From NCBI GenBank assembly GCA_026397505.1, contig JAPLUR010000047.1, positions 11,040 to 75,039 of the forward strand: 64,000 nt of DNA, in the 5' to 3' direction. Below are positions 46,992 through 57,933 of the stretch, one piece after another (positions within the stretch are counted from its first letter, which is position 1; each line of letters opens with the position of its first letter). Made by a program: the position numbers and the translations under genes. Source of the DNA: Candidatus Zixiibacteriota bacterium. GTDB taxonomy: Bacteria; Zixibacteria; MSB-5A5; GN15; PGXB01. Under the pieces are notes generated by a model. That model had not been told where the DNA came from. It saw only the letters and a program-made list of their open reading frames with translations, and searched no databases.

Positions 46992-48284
46992 ATGGCCACA
47001 TTACAGAAAAGGTTGTCCGAAATCATTCCTGGACTCAAGGAGGAGATAAAGAATCTCACCAAGAATCATGGTGAGATCAAAATCTCCGAGGTAAACATCG
47101 GGCAGGCCTATGGCGGCATGCGCGGTGTCAAGGGAATGATCTGCGACACATCGGTTGTAAACGCCGATACCGGTCTGGTGATTCGGGGCTTCCCGATCAA
47201 GGATTTGACCGAGAAACTGCCGGAAGAGATTTTCTATCTTCTCTGCACGGGGGAGCTTCCCGACAAGACCGCTCTGAAAGCGCTTCAGAAAGACCTCTCG
47301 GAAAGGGCCAAGGTTCCCAAATATGTTTGGGATGTACTAACGGCCATGCCGAAAGATTCCCACCCGATGGTGATGCTCGATACGGCCATTCTGGTCATGG
47401 AGAAGGAATCGGAATTCCGGAAGATGTACGATGCCGGAATGACCAAGGATGAGTACTGGAAACCGATGCTGGAGGATTCGCTCAATATTCTGGCCCGGAT
47501 GCCGGTAATCGCCGCGGGGATTTACCGCATGCGGTTTAACAAGGGGAACAAGATCGGCCCCAAGAAAGATCTCGACTGGGGCGCCAACTACGCCCATATG
47601 CTCGGCATTAAAGATAAATCGGGCACTTTCGCCAAATTGATTCAGCTCTATCTGACGCTGCACAGCGATCATGAGGGCGGCAATGTCAGCGCCTTCTCCT
47701 GCCATACGGTCGGCTCGGCGCTTTCCGATGCCTACTATGCCGTATCCGCAGGGCTGAACGGTCTGGCGGGTCCTCTTCATGGTCTGGCCAATCAGGAATG
47801 CCTCGCCTGGATTCTGGAAGTAATCAAGAAATTCAAGGGTGTTCCCTCCGATGAGGACTTGTATAAATTCGCGTGGGAGACGCTCAAGTCCGGGCAGGTG
47901 ATTCCCGGTTACGGCCATGCCGTGCTTCGCGTGACCGACCCGCGTTTCACCGCCTTCTTGGAATTCGGCAAGAAATATATCCCGGATGATCCGGTGTACC
48001 AGCTGGTGGCCAAGGTCTTTGATGTAGTACCGAAGGTCCTGGCCGAGCAGGGCAAGGTCAAAGATCCGTGGCCGAATGTTGATGCCGGCTCCGGCGCTTT
48101 GCTCTATCACTACGGATTGACCGAGTTCCCGTACTACACCGTTTTGTTTGCGGTGTCGCGTGCCATGGGAATGTTGTCGCAGTTGGTTTACAACCGCGCC
48201 ATCGGGACGGCCCTTACGCGTCCCAAATCGGTCAGTACCGCATGGATCAAGAAGCAGATTCCGGCGGTTCCGCCGCCGCAGTAA
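46992..48284 (+). CDS. gltA: citrate synthase
   Basis: Motif GYGHAVLRVTDPR and the CS family pattern throughout. About 430 aa. Confidence 0.9.
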   Translation: MATLQKRLSEIIPGLKEEIKNLTKNHGEIKISEVNIGQAYGGMRGVKGMICDTSVVNADTGLVIRGFPIKDLTEKLPEEIFYLLCTGELPDKTALKALQKDLSERAKVPKYVWDVLTAMPKDSHPMVMLDTAILVMEKESEFRKMYDAGMTKDEYWKPMLEDSLNILARMPVIAAGIYRMRFNKGNKIGPKKDLDWGANYAHMLGIKDKSGTFAKLIQLYLTLHSDHEGGNVSAFSCHTVGSALSDAYYAVSAGLNGLAGPLHGLANQECLAWILEVIKKFKGVPSDEDLYKFAWETLKSGQVIPGYGHAVLRVTDPRFTAFLEFGKKYIPDDPVYQLVAKVFDVVPKVLAEQGKVKDPWPNVDAGSGALLYHYGLTEFPYYTVLFAVSRAMGMLSQLVYNRAIGTALTRPKSVSTAWIKKQIPAVPPPQ

Positions 48285-48300
48285 TCGGCAACATTATCAA

Positions 48301-48327
48301 GACGGCGGCTTCGGCCGCCGTTTTTTT
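48301..48327 (+). terminator. rho-independent terminator after gltA
   Basis: Stem GACGGCGGC-TTCG-GCCGCCGT followed by TTTTTTT. Confidence 0.75.
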
Positions 48328-50365
48328 ATGCGGCGGGAAATATGATTCTGAATTCGGCGCCCCCCCCGGGCGGCGTGAGCAATTCCATTTTCCCCTGAAA
48401 TTCCTCGACAATCTGATGCACGATCGAAAGGCCCAGACCGGTACCTTTGTCCTTGGTCGTGAAATAGGGGCTGAATATTTTCTTTCTTATCTCCTCGGGA
48501 ATTCCCGGGCCGGTATCTTTAACCAGAAGAACTACCTGCTCATGGTCGCGGAATAACCTGACCAGGACATTTCCGCCTTTTTCCCCGCAGGCCTCGAGGC
48601 TGTTGCGAACGAGGTTAATGACCAGTTGTTTGAGGCGGTCTTCATTTCCACGGATGGAAAGGCCCGATTCGATCCGCGATTCAAGTTTGACTCTGTCGGT
48701 CTCAATTCCAAGGCCAAGAAAGCGCACCGCTTCCTCGGTAACATGACCGGCATCAAATTGATTCCGGGCAGATGACTGTCCGCGCGCCATCGCCAGGAAG
48801 CGGGAAACGATTTCATTCAGGCGATTGGCCTCCGATTTAATTTGGCGGGTGAAGGATTGAAAATCCTCGGGATTTTCTTTTGGCTTGAATTCGGCCATCA
48901 GACGCTGGGCGGCGATGGAAATGGCATTGAGCGGATTCCTGATTTCATGCGCCACGCCGGCGGCCAGGTCTCCCAATTCGGTGAGACGCTCCTTGCGGCG
49001 GGCGGTTTCCTCAAGTTCCTTGATGCCGGTGTAATCGTACACCACAGCCACCGCTCCGGCCTCTTTGTTTTCGTAGTCATAAAGGCGGGCGATGTTAATC
49101 AGAAGGTGCTTCTTGCCGGATGGCAGTTCCAGGGTTGACTCCACCTCACCGGGACCATGATGACCCGAAAGGATTCGGTCAAAAGGAATGACTGTCCGGA
49201 AAGCCAGGTTTTGCCAGAGCTGTCCGACAATTTCCGTTTCCCGGGCGGCGAAAATATTCAGAAACTGGCGATTGGCCATCTCGATAGTACCATCTTTGCC
49301 GATCGTGACCAGCCCGGCATTAATACTATCAAATACTTTTTCCGAAAGCGACTTAACTCTCTTAAAGGAGCGGTCAAGTTTGATACGCTTCTGTTTTCCG
49401 GACAAATAGAGCATTGCCAGGACAAGAACGGCAAAAATGACAGCGCTCAAGGCAATCATCTGGCGGTCAAAACCGGCCATAATGCTGTAATATTTTTCGA
49501 GGGAAATTCCCAGGCGGAACAGACCCCGGGGATATTCGACCGAGGAAAACGGTTTGACCAATTCCAGAACCCGCATTTCGTTGTAGAGATATTCACGGGA
49601 GAGCACGGTATCCGATTCCAGCGCCGAGGCAAGGAACGGGTCTTTCTCGATTTTCAGCATTGGGCCTATTTTGCGGGAGGAGAAGATGATGCCCTGTTCG
49701 GTTTGAAAGAGGATGTACTCAATACCGACCTCACGGGCGATATTCTGCACCAGGTAGCCGATGCCGATATCTCTCTTGGCGGAGGAATAGAACAGCGCAT
49801 CGGAGACAAAGGCAAAGACAAATTTTTCATCGGCGCTTTTCTGCAGGAAAAGCAGCGAGGCATTTCCCGGCGATCCGCTTTCGATGGTTTGGAAGCGGCT
49901 GCCGGAGACCGAATCGTTGAGGAGCGAGTCAATCAGAGGCATTAGCAACTCGCGAATTTCCTCCAGATTGATAAACAGCCCGCGCGCTCCGGCGGCGACA
50001 GGCGTTAAGCTGGTATCGAAAATAAAAATGGCATCGATGCCGAATTCGGAGGAGAAATCGGCCATCTCGGCGGAGGAATAGCGCAGGTCGCGGCGGCTAT
50101 CGAGAAACCCGACCAGGTCGGAGAATTTCTCCTGCACAAAGAGATCGAACAGGGAATTGGCCTTGATGGCGTTATCGGCCGAGAGGGTCATGCTTTCGAT
50201 CAGGGCGGTTCCCTGCTGGCGTATCAATTCCAGGCTGTCGCTGCGGCTCTTCTGTATGCCCAGGTAGGTAAGGACAAATAACAGGAGTCCCAGGATGACG
50301 GCGATGGGCAGGGCAAGTCGCGCCCGGGGGCCAAATAATGTACCGCCAAGTTCGGAATCAGGCAT
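48326..50365 (-). CDS. sensor histidine kinase (TM, PAS, HisKA, HATPase)
   Basis: H-box LAAGVAHEIRNPLNAI. G-boxes DTGPGI and GTGLGLSIV. Confidence 0.85.
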   Translation of the reverse strand: MPDSELGGTLFGPRARLALPIAVILGLLLFVLTYLGIQKSRSDSLELIRQQGTALIESMTLSADNAIKANSLFDLFVQEKFSDLVGFLDSRRDLRYSSAEMADFSSEFGIDAIFIFDTSLTPVAAGARGLFINLEEIRELLMPLIDSLLNDSVSGSRFQTIESGSPGNASLLFLQKSADEKFVFAFVSDALFYSSAKRDIGIGYLVQNIAREVGIEYILFQTEQGIIFSSRKIGPMLKIEKDPFLASALESDTVLSREYLYNEMRVLELVKPFSSVEYPRGLFRLGISLEKYYSIMAGFDRQMIALSAVIFAVLVLAMLYLSGKQKRIKLDRSFKRVKSLSEKVFDSINAGLVTIGKDGTIEMANRQFLNIFAARETEIVGQLWQNLAFRTVIPFDRILSGHHGPGEVESTLELPSGKKHLLINIARLYDYENKEAGAVAVVYDYTGIKELEETARRKERLTELGDLAAGVAHEIRNPLNAISIAAQRLMAEFKPKENPEDFQSFTRQIKSEANRLNEIVSRFLAMARGQSSARNQFDAGHVTEEAVRFLGLGIETDRVKLESRIESGLSIRGNEDRLKQLVINLVRNSLEACGEKGGNVLVRLFRDHEQVVLLVKDTGPGIPEEIRKKIFSPYFTTKDKGTGLGLSIVHQIVEEFQGKMELLTPPGGGAEFRIIFPAA

Positions 50366-50404
50366 GAAATCAAGTTAGAGTTTTAGAAAAGCGAGGTCAA
50401 TGAT

Positions 50405-52354
50405 TTATTTTGACGCGTCCGACGGCACTTTTTGCGTTTCCCCGGCGCGCCTTTCCTGCCCGGAGGCGATTTCTCTTTTCACCGGCAGGTTGATCACGAA
50501 GATAGCCCGGGATTCATCGCCGGTGTGATAAGCGATTTCACCCTTGTGGATGTCGGCCACATTTTTGCAGGTGATCAATCCGAGGCCGTTGCATCCCCTC
50601 TTGGTGCTGAAGCGGGTGACAAACATTTTGGGGATATTTTCCTCATTGATTCCGGGGCCGCTGTCGGTGACCTTCAGAATTACATTTTGACCGGATTCAT
50701 CAGGAGCGGTTGAAATTATTATCCAGCGGGTTCCCTCGAACGTGGTCATAGCTTCGGCGGCGTTGTAGAGGAGGTTGACCAGCAATAGCTGAATCTGGCT
50801 GGCATCGATTTCCACCAGCGGCAGATTTTCGGAAAGATTGGTGCCAATCAAAATGTCATCGAATTTGTTCTGCGGTTTGACAAAGGCGATCAGGTTTTCA
50901 ATCAGCTGGTTGAGATCTTCTTTGCGGAATTCGCTGTTTTCGTCGCTGAACTGGGTGAGGCCGTCGGTGAATTTGGATATCTTCGTAACAGTATCTTTCA
51001 TCACATTGATTTTCTGTTCGCACTTAGCCGTGTCGTTTTTGGCCATGAACATGGGCAGGAGTTCCAGATTCCCCTGCAAAATGGCCAGATAATTATTTAT
51101 TTCATGGGCGATATCGCGGGCCATTTTGCCGCGCGAGGCGATACGGTCGAGCCTGAGAATCATATTCTGGTAGTTTTCGCTCTCGGAAATATCTTTGATA
51201 AAATAGAGCATGGCGATCGGCTTACACCCTTCGGGCCCCAGGGTGGTATGAACAAGCAGGGCGGGAAACCGGCTGCCGTCGCGCCGCCGGCAGATAATTT
51301 CCTGGGTCTCAAGATTCTCGGTTTCCGTGGCATTGAGCCGGTCGTGGGTGTTGGGCAGGGCAAACAGGTTGCCAATTTTCCTCCCCAGCAGGTCGCTTTG
51401 ATTATAGCCGAAACCGCGCGCCGCCTGCTGATTATAGATGATAACCTGATCATCAAGATCGGTCACAATAATGGCATCGGGAGAATAATCGACCAGCGCG
51501 GTCAATATTGACTCGGATTCGATAAGGGATTTGTTGGCTTTCACGAGTTCGTGATTGGCGATCGACAGTTTGCGTTGCTTTTCGGACAGGCTCTGGGACA
51601 TCTGATTGAAGGCCCGGGCCAGCCGCTGAATATCTTTATCACCCTCGTCTTCGGACACATAATGCTCATGACCGTCGGCGGTTCGTTCCAGCGCTTCAAT
51701 GAGGTTGGCCAGCGGCCGCTTGACACCCCGGAACATCAGATTGATGATTAGAAGAGAAATAAGAGCCGAAAACAGGAAGAGCAGAAAGAGCACTTCCGCC
51801 TGATTCCCTTTGGCGTCGCCCTCCATATCATTTGATGCGGTCAGATATATGGCATAGTCATTTCGGGCATTGGTGGGCCGCATGATAAAGCCCAGATGAC
51901 TTCCATCGCCGGAAAGAACAGTCGGGCTCCCGGCGCCTGCATAAATGAATCCATTCCGGAGGCTGGAATCGGGAGCAGTGGAGAACTCCAAAGGATGAGA
52001 ATCAAACCCGGTGCGATCGGACAAATGGAACAGGCTGTCCCGCCCGGTTCTGGGATTATGATAGATGACATTGACGGCATCAACCCAGCTGTTTTCCCGA
52101 ACAAGCCGCTCCGCTTCACTTTTCATTTTCGAATTATTGAAGGGACTGGCAGTGGAATCAGCCTCGATCAGGTCAAAGAGGGTCTGGGATGCCACTTCGG
52201 CTTGCTGTCGTTGCCGGTAATAGTGCTGGGTCGGCGTATCGCTGCTACCGGAATCAAACAGCACCAGCGCCAGGGCGGCGAATATGAAGAGAACCTGGAT
52301 TATAATGAGATGTGAAATTCGTATAAATAAACCGGGAGTTTTAAAGCCAAGCAT
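50405..52354 (-). CDS. sensor histidine kinase (TM, PAS, HisKA, HATPase)
   Basis: H-box MARDIAHEINNYLAIL. ATPase motifs NLLYNAAEA, DSGPGI, GNGLGLITC. Confidence 0.85.
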   Translation of the reverse strand: MLGFKTPGLFIRISHLIIIQVLFIFAALALVLFDSGSSDTPTQHYYRQRQQAEVASQTLFDLIEADSTASPFNNSKMKSEAERLVRENSWVDAVNVIYHNPRTGRDSLFHLSDRTGFDSHPLEFSTAPDSSLRNGFIYAGAGSPTVLSGDGSHLGFIMRPTNARNDYAIYLTASNDMEGDAKGNQAEVLFLLFLFSALISLLIINLMFRGVKRPLANLIEALERTADGHEHYVSEDEGDKDIQRLARAFNQMSQSLSEKQRKLSIANHELVKANKSLIESESILTALVDYSPDAIIVTDLDDQVIIYNQQAARGFGYNQSDLLGRKIGNLFALPNTHDRLNATETENLETQEIICRRRDGSRFPALLVHTTLGPEGCKPIAMLYFIKDISESENYQNMILRLDRIASRGKMARDIAHEINNYLAILQGNLELLPMFMAKNDTAKCEQKINVMKDTVTKISKFTDGLTQFSDENSEFRKEDLNQLIENLIAFVKPQNKFDDILIGTNLSENLPLVEIDASQIQLLLVNLLYNAAEAMTTFEGTRWIIISTAPDESGQNVILKVTDSGPGINEENIPKMFVTRFSTKRGCNGLGLITCKNVADIHKGEIAYHTGDESRAIFVINLPVKREIASGQERRAGETQKVPSDASK

Positions 52355-52848
52355 TTTCTCACCCTAATACTGTTTCCGCCAACATTATCACCATTATCGG
52401 CAGAAAAGCTGATTCAGATTAGGGATTAGAAGGGGATAAAAAAATAGGGAGTGGTGGAGGGGGGATGCCCGACTCTAACGTCAGGTGGCTGGTAGGCCAG
52501 CACACACCACTCCCTAAATCTCTAACAACTCAGGGAGGAAAATTGTTCGTTTCTTGCTTAGCAAAAAAGCAACTATCGTGCCGGATGGAACATAAGCAGT
52601 TAAAGAAGGACCAATAAACACTACATTCCTATCCACTTTCAAGGCAACATATTCAGTGCTGCCTGCAAGGATATGAATCAAGCAAAGAGGCTTTGCCCCG
52701 GAATAGATGCGCAAACGGCTTCATAATAGACGCAACTTCAGGCAGTTAAGACGGTTAGAGGAATGCGCAGAAATTGCCCCGGCAGCGGCAGATTCAAATC
52801 TTGCATGAGGACAGTTTGAACCCTCTGCAAAGGGGAAATTGGGAAGTT

Positions 52849-53778
52849 TCAACTCTCCATTTCTTCGATGTACTTTTCGGCCGCCACCGCCGCAGTCGTG
52901 CCGTCACCCACGGCATTGGTGATCTGCCTGACCATTTGGCTGCGCACATCGCCGCAGGCGAATATGCCCTTGATAGAGGTTTCCATACGCTCATTGGTAA
53001 TAATATACCCGCCCTTATCCTTATTGAGCGGCTCGCGGGTCAGATTGGAATTGGGCACAAATCCGACAAATATAAATATGGCGCCGACCTCCAGAGTTGA
53101 CTGCCGGCCGATTTTGACGTTGCGCAGCGACAGATTTCGGACGCGGTTGTCGCCGTTGATGGAATCGATGACGGTATCGAGGATAAATTCGATTTTGGGA
53201 TTATTGTGCGCCCGCTGCTGGATGATTTTCTGGGCCCGCAGCTCATTACGGCGATGAATGATGTAGACTTTGCTCCCGAATTTAGTGAGGAACAACCCTT
53301 CTTCCACCGCGGCGTCTCCCCCGCCGGCGACAGCAATCACCTGGTTCTTAAAAAAGGCGCCATCGCAGATGGCACAGTAAGAAACGCCCTTTCCGGCAAA
53401 ATCTTTCTCGCCGGGGACATTAAGATGATTGGGCGATCCACCGGTTGAGATAATGACCGCTTTGGCGCGATAAATATCACCCGAGGCCGTCACGACTATC
53501 CGATCATTCCCATCGCTGTATATCTCGGTGACTTCATCCGAGGCGATCTCGAGCCCGAAATGCTTGGCGTGCTCGGTCATCTTCATGGCCAATTCCGGGC
53601 CGGCTATCAAATGAAAACCGGGGTAATCCTCGACTTCTTCTGTATTGGCAATCTGCCCTCCGGGAAGGTATTTTTCGATTAGCACGGTTTTTCGATTGGC
53701 CCGGGCCGCATATAATCCGGCCGTAAGCCCCCCGGGACCACCGCCTACGATAACGATATCATACTTTTTTTCGGTCAT
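52849..53778 (-). CDS. trxB: thioredoxin-disulfide reductase
   Basis: FAD site IVIVGGGPGGLTAG and redox-active CAICDG. Confidence 0.9.
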   Translation of the reverse strand: MTEKKYDIVIVGGGPGGLTAGLYAARANRKTVLIEKYLPGGQIANTEEVEDYPGFHLIAGPELAMKMTEHAKHFGLEIASDEVTEIYSDGNDRIVVTASGDIYRAKAVIISTGGSPNHLNVPGEKDFAGKGVSYCAICDGAFFKNQVIAVAGGGDAAVEEGLFLTKFGSKVYIIHRRNELRAQKIIQQRAHNNPKIEFILDTVIDSINGDNRVRNLSLRNVKIGRQSTLEVGAIFIFVGFVPNSNLTREPLNKDKGGYIITNERMETSIKGIFACGDVRSQMVRQITNAVGDGTTAAVAAEKYIEEMES

Positions 53779-53782
53779 TTTA

Positions 53783-54667
53783 TCACCTCAGATATTCTTT
53801 CAAAGCATCTTCAAGTCGCGTCAGTTTTATGTCAAAAATCTTTTGCGCTTCGATGTTGCTGCAAATATTTCCCGTTTTCAGCATTTTCAACTGGTCGCGG
53901 GTCAGCGGGGCGGGCTTGAGGACGGCCTCAAGCAGGGTCGCCGCAAATTTCATAAACCACATCGGTATATAAAGGTTCAGTCTTTTTTTGTTCAACACTT
54001 TTTTTATGATGGCTATCAATTGAGGGTACTCGAGCTGCTCGGGCCCGCCAATCTCAATTATCCGGTTGGCCGCTTTCTCGTTGGTGAGAGTATCTTTCAG
54101 CATCAGAGTGAGGTCACCGATATAGAGCGGTTGAAGCAGAGCACGGCCATTTCCCACAATGGGAACCAGCGGAGATAATTTCACCATCCGGGCCAGCATA
54201 TTGATAAATTTGTCCGCCGGTCCGAAAACCACCGAGGGTCGAAAAATGGTGTAAGGTATCCCGGAATTTCTGATTATCTCTTCGGCTGCCCATTTGGATT
54301 GAAAGTACCGGGTATCGGTCGAAGCGGAAGTCCCCAATGCGGAGAGGTATATTATTTTCTTGACGCCATTGGGCCGGCAGGCTGCAATCAGATTCTTCGT
54401 TCCCCCGATAACGGTCTTTTCGAAGGTGAGCGTTTTTGTTTCGGCGATGATGCCGACCAGATGATAAACGACCTCTATGCCGTTGAGAGCGCTTTTCAGA
54501 GATTCAACATCATGCAGATCACCGGCGACATATTCAACCATCCCCTTCGCCCCTTGTTTTATACTCCTGCGACGGCTGATGACGAAAACGGTATGACCAC
54601 TCTCCGCAAGAGCCCCAACGAGATTGTGCCCGATGAATCCGGTCCCTCCCGCAACGGCAATTCTCAA
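53783..54667 (-). CDS. NAD(P)-binding epimerase/dehydratase-family (NmrA/NDUFA9-like SDR) protein
   Basis: Rossmann motif IAVAGGTGFIGHNLVGAL. Confidence 0.7.
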   Translation of the reverse strand: MRIAVAGGTGFIGHNLVGALAESGHTVFVISRRRSIKQGAKGMVEYVAGDLHDVESLKSALNGIEVVYHLVGIIAETKTLTFEKTVIGGTKNLIAACRPNGVKKIIYLSALGTSASTDTRYFQSKWAAEEIIRNSGIPYTIFRPSVVFGPADKFINMLARMVKLSPLVPIVGNGRALLQPLYIGDLTLMLKDTLTNEKAANRIIEIGGPEQLEYPQLIAIIKKVLNKKRLNLYIPMWFMKFAATLLEAVLKPAPLTRDQLKMLKTGNICSNIEAQKIFDIKLTRLEDALKEYLR

Positions 54668-55212
54668 AAATCGACCCCTTTCTGGGCCAGAATCCCTTTC
54701 TGATAGGGATGTTTTATCTCCTTCATTTCGGTCACCAGATCAGCTTTATCGATCAGCCATTTGATAGCACTTCGCCCGGTGATGACCAGATGGAGGTTCT
54801 CCGGCTTGGCAGCAATGATGTTTTCCAGTTCCTCCCGGCTTATCAGGCCGAGATTAACCGCCACGTTCAATTCATCGAGAATGATCAGTTGATATTTCTG
54901 CGCGGATATTTTTTCCAGAGCCATTTCGTATGCTTTGCGGGCGGCGGCGCGGTGTTCCTCGAAACTCTTCTTATCATCGATTATGCCGACAAATCCCTCA
55001 CCCATGACATTCAGTTCCACATTGGGCGCCAGTTTTTTTATTCCATCCAGCTCGCCATATTTCCAGCTTCCCTTGATGAACTGGATAATACAGACCTGCC
55101 AGTCGTAGCCGATCGCACGCACAGTCATCCCGAGCGCCGCCGTGGTTTTCCCTTTGCCGTCCCCGGTATAGACAATCAGCAATCCTTTTTCCTGTCTTGT
55201 ATTTTCGCTCAT
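54664..55212 (-). CDS. cobO: cob(I)yrinic acid a,c-diamide adenosyltransferase (CobO/BtuR family)
   Basis: P-loop GDGKGKTTAALGM and IIQFIKG. About 180 aa. Confidence 0.8.
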   Translation of the reverse strand: MSENTRQEKGLLIVYTGDGKGKTTAALGMTVRAIGYDWQVCIIQFIKGSWKYGELDGIKKLAPNVELNVMGEGFVGIIDDKKSFEEHRAAARKAYEMALEKISAQKYQLIILDELNVAVNLGLISREELENIIAAKPENLHLVITGRSAIKWLIDKADLVTEMKEIKHPYQKGILAQKGVDF

Positions 55213-55245
55213 GATAATCTTCCCGTCAAAATGTTCCGTTTAAAA

Positions 55246-57933
55246 TTACTCTTTCCCGAGTCGGTTGGCAAGTATTTCTATCGGATGAACAACGGTGAAA
55301 CGGTCGCCCATTTCGGCCCTGATCTTCATCTGGCAGGCGGGACAGGAAGTCATCAGGTAATCGGCCTCAATCTGTCCATACTCTTCTTTCTTTTGGGCAA
55401 ACATCAGTTTTGATTCCCGGAAATGAACAAAGCCGAACGACCCGGCCTGAGCGCAACAGCGATCGGCATGAAGGGGACGGATGATAGGGATATTATTTAA
55501 TTTCCGCAAAAGCTTCTCCGGTTCATTATGGAGCCCGGCGGCGCGTAGATGACAGGGGTTATGATAAGTTACGGTCGTCATTTTTTCGGAGGTGAAAATT
55601 GAAAAATCGATTTCCTGCCGATTCAGGTACTGGCTGATATCAAAGCATTTCCCGGTTAGTTTTTCGGCCTCTTGCCGGTATGGATCGTCTTCGGAGAAAA
55701 GCTTCTCATATTCTTTCAGACGCAGGAGGCAGGAGGCGCAGCCGGTGATGACGGCTTCAAAGGGCTTGAGGCGGTCAATATTGTAACGGGCCTTTTCCAG
55801 AAGATTCTCACGATGGCCGTAGACTTCATAGGGCAACCCACAGCATTTCTGTTCGGGCATGGAAATATCTATTCCCAACCGGTCAAACACCTTAAAAATC
55901 GCCTCGCCCACCGATGACTCCAGGAGATTGTCGGCGCAGCCATGAAACAGGGCCACGGTACCTTCAGAGGCAATCCTTTCAGAAAATCGTTTACGAAGCG
56001 ATTTGGCAGCAATGGCCGGAAACCGGGCGGTGCGGTCGAGACCAAAGGCCGGGCCTCCCAGCAGGCCGACGGCGGCTCTGCCCAAACCGCTCCGGACGAG
56101 CGGCTCCGCAATTTTAGCCAGCCGAAGCGAAAGGCCAAGGAGTGATTCACGGTCGGCAAAGGCAACAGCCGCTTTCGAAAGAAGGGCTGGTTTCTCGCTG
56201 CGGTATTTTATGATTTCGGCGGCAATATCGACGCCGGCCGGGCAGACAATAGTGCAGTTTTTGCAGTTGAGACAGTACGCCAGGTGCTGATTGATAATAC
56301 CGCGGTTGTCTCCTGACTGGTTGATGATTCTCAGCCAGCCGCGCGGGGAGAAATCCTCGCGGCGGAATATGTCATAGGCGGGGCAGTACCCGTTGCACTT
56401 TCCGCAGGCGGCGCAGTACGACTTGATCTTTTCATAATCGATCTGCGCGGTGAAGGGAGTATCGCTTAAGACAACGCCCGGCGCCAAAATATGATCCGGG
56501 TCGAGGGTTTCTTTTAACTTGAGAAATATCCGATATATTTCCTCGCCGTAGACCTTCTTAACCAGAGCCGCCCGCAATCTTCCATCGGCATGCTCGGCGG
56601 TAGTGGAACCGCCCATAGAAATTACCCTGTCGTAAACCTCATTGTAAATCCTGACGGCCAGTTCAAAATCATTTTTGTCATTTAAGTCAAACAATGGCCG
56701 GACATGCAGATTACCATCGCCGATATGGCCAAAAATGCCATAAGTGAGATGATGCGCATCAAAGAGAGAGGTGGCAAACTCGATAAAAGCCGGAACCTGA
56801 TCCGGCGGGAGCGAAATATCCTCGATCAACGCCAGAGGGCGCTTCTTGGGATGATGCCGGTAAAGGGTTGGGACAATAGCTTTTCTGGCCCTCCACAAGG
56901 CGGCGGTCGATTCGGAATCCGAGGCGAATTCGGCCGGAGCAACCAGATTCAGGCGCGCAGTCAGAGCGTCAAATTTCGCTTTCCTGGCATTGATGTCATC
57001 ATCAAACTCTACCAGTAACAGGGCCGCCGCCGATCCGGGAATACCGAATTTATCTCTCCCGATGAGATTAAGAGTGGAGCCATCAACTATTTCCAGACCG
57101 GATGGCCCGATGGCAAGAATATCCGGCACGGCACGCCCGGCTTCAATCAGAGAGCCGAAGTAAAGCCGGGAGGTAAGAATTTCCGAGGGCAACGGCAGCA
57201 ACCGAAGCCGGGTCGATAAAAAGAGTCCAAGGGTTCCCTCCGAGCCGACCAAAAGTGCGGGAAGGTTGAATACTCCGCGCTCAAGGTCGGTTATGACCTG
57301 ACGCAGGTTGTAACCGGAGGAATTTTTTTTGAGGGCCGGCCATTTTTCCGCGATCAATCGCTTATTCTCCTGTAGAATCTGGAGAATGATTTCGAATTCA
57401 GGATCGGTCTGCAGGAAGGTCTTAAGTTCCATCGAGCCAAGTGGCAGTTTTTTCAGGGTTGCGCGTTTCCCCGATGGCTTGACAATTTCTAATTCCTCGA
57501 CAAAATCCGAGGTCAGACCATATTTAACGGAGCGGGGGCCGGAGGAATTATTTGCCAGCATACCGCCGATCTGGCATGAATCGCCCGAGGAAGGATCGGG
57601 CGGGAAAAAAAGGCCAAATTTCTTCAAGGCCAGATTGAGTTCGTCATAGATTATTCCCACCTGGGTGAGAACGGTCTTACTGGCAATGTCAATATCCAGA
57701 ATTGATCGGAAATTACTGAAGTCTGCAATCACGCCGGTGCCGACCGCCCCCCCGGCCAGGCCTGTCCCGCCACCCCGGGCGGTGACAGAAATCTGCTTCT
57801 GCGCAGCCAGTTTAACAGCTTCGACAACATCTTCAGCGGATTGAATAAGCCTGACAGTCTCCGGCATTGCGGCATAAATTGAGGCATCGGAGGCGTAAGC
57901 GACGAGCGATGTTTTACTTTTCAAGCGGGTCAT
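55246..57933 (-). CDS. FAD-linked oxidase fused to 4Fe-4S ferredoxin and CCG (GlcF-like) domains (YdiJ/Dld-like 2-hydroxyacid dehydrogenase)
   Basis: N-terminal FAD domain, central CAACGKCNGYCP...CLNCKNCTIVCP, C-terminal CCG motifs (KCCGLPY, CCAQAGSFG). Confidence 0.8.
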   Translation of the reverse strand: MTRLKSKTSLVAYASDASIYAAMPETVRLIQSAEDVVEAVKLAAQKQISVTARGGGTGLAGGAVGTGVIADFSNFRSILDIDIASKTVLTQVGIIYDELNLALKKFGLFFPPDPSSGDSCQIGGMLANNSSGPRSVKYGLTSDFVEELEIVKPSGKRATLKKLPLGSMELKTFLQTDPEFEIILQILQENKRLIAEKWPALKKNSSGYNLRQVITDLERGVFNLPALLVGSEGTLGLFLSTRLRLLPLPSEILTSRLYFGSLIEAGRAVPDILAIGPSGLEIVDGSTLNLIGRDKFGIPGSAAALLLVEFDDDINARKAKFDALTARLNLVAPAEFASDSESTAALWRARKAIVPTLYRHHPKKRPLALIEDISLPPDQVPAFIEFATSLFDAHHLTYGIFGHIGDGNLHVRPLFDLNDKNDFELAVRIYNEVYDRVISMGGSTTAEHADGRLRAALVKKVYGEEIYRIFLKLKETLDPDHILAPGVVLSDTPFTAQIDYEKIKSYCAACGKCNGYCPAYDIFRREDFSPRGWLRIINQSGDNRGIINQHLAYCLNCKNCTIVCPAGVDIAAEIIKYRSEKPALLSKAAVAFADRESLLGLSLRLAKIAEPLVRSGLGRAAVGLLGGPAFGLDRTARFPAIAAKSLRKRFSERIASEGTVALFHGCADNLLESSVGEAIFKVFDRLGIDISMPEQKCCGLPYEVYGHRENLLEKARYNIDRLKPFEAVITGCASCLLRLKEYEKLFSEDDPYRQEAEKLTGKCFDISQYLNRQEIDFSIFTSEKMTTVTYHNPCHLRAAGLHNEPEKLLRKLNNIPIIRPLHADRCCAQAGSFGFVHFRESKLMFAQKKEEYGQIEADYLMTSCPACQMKIRAEMGDRFTVVHPIEILANRLGKE

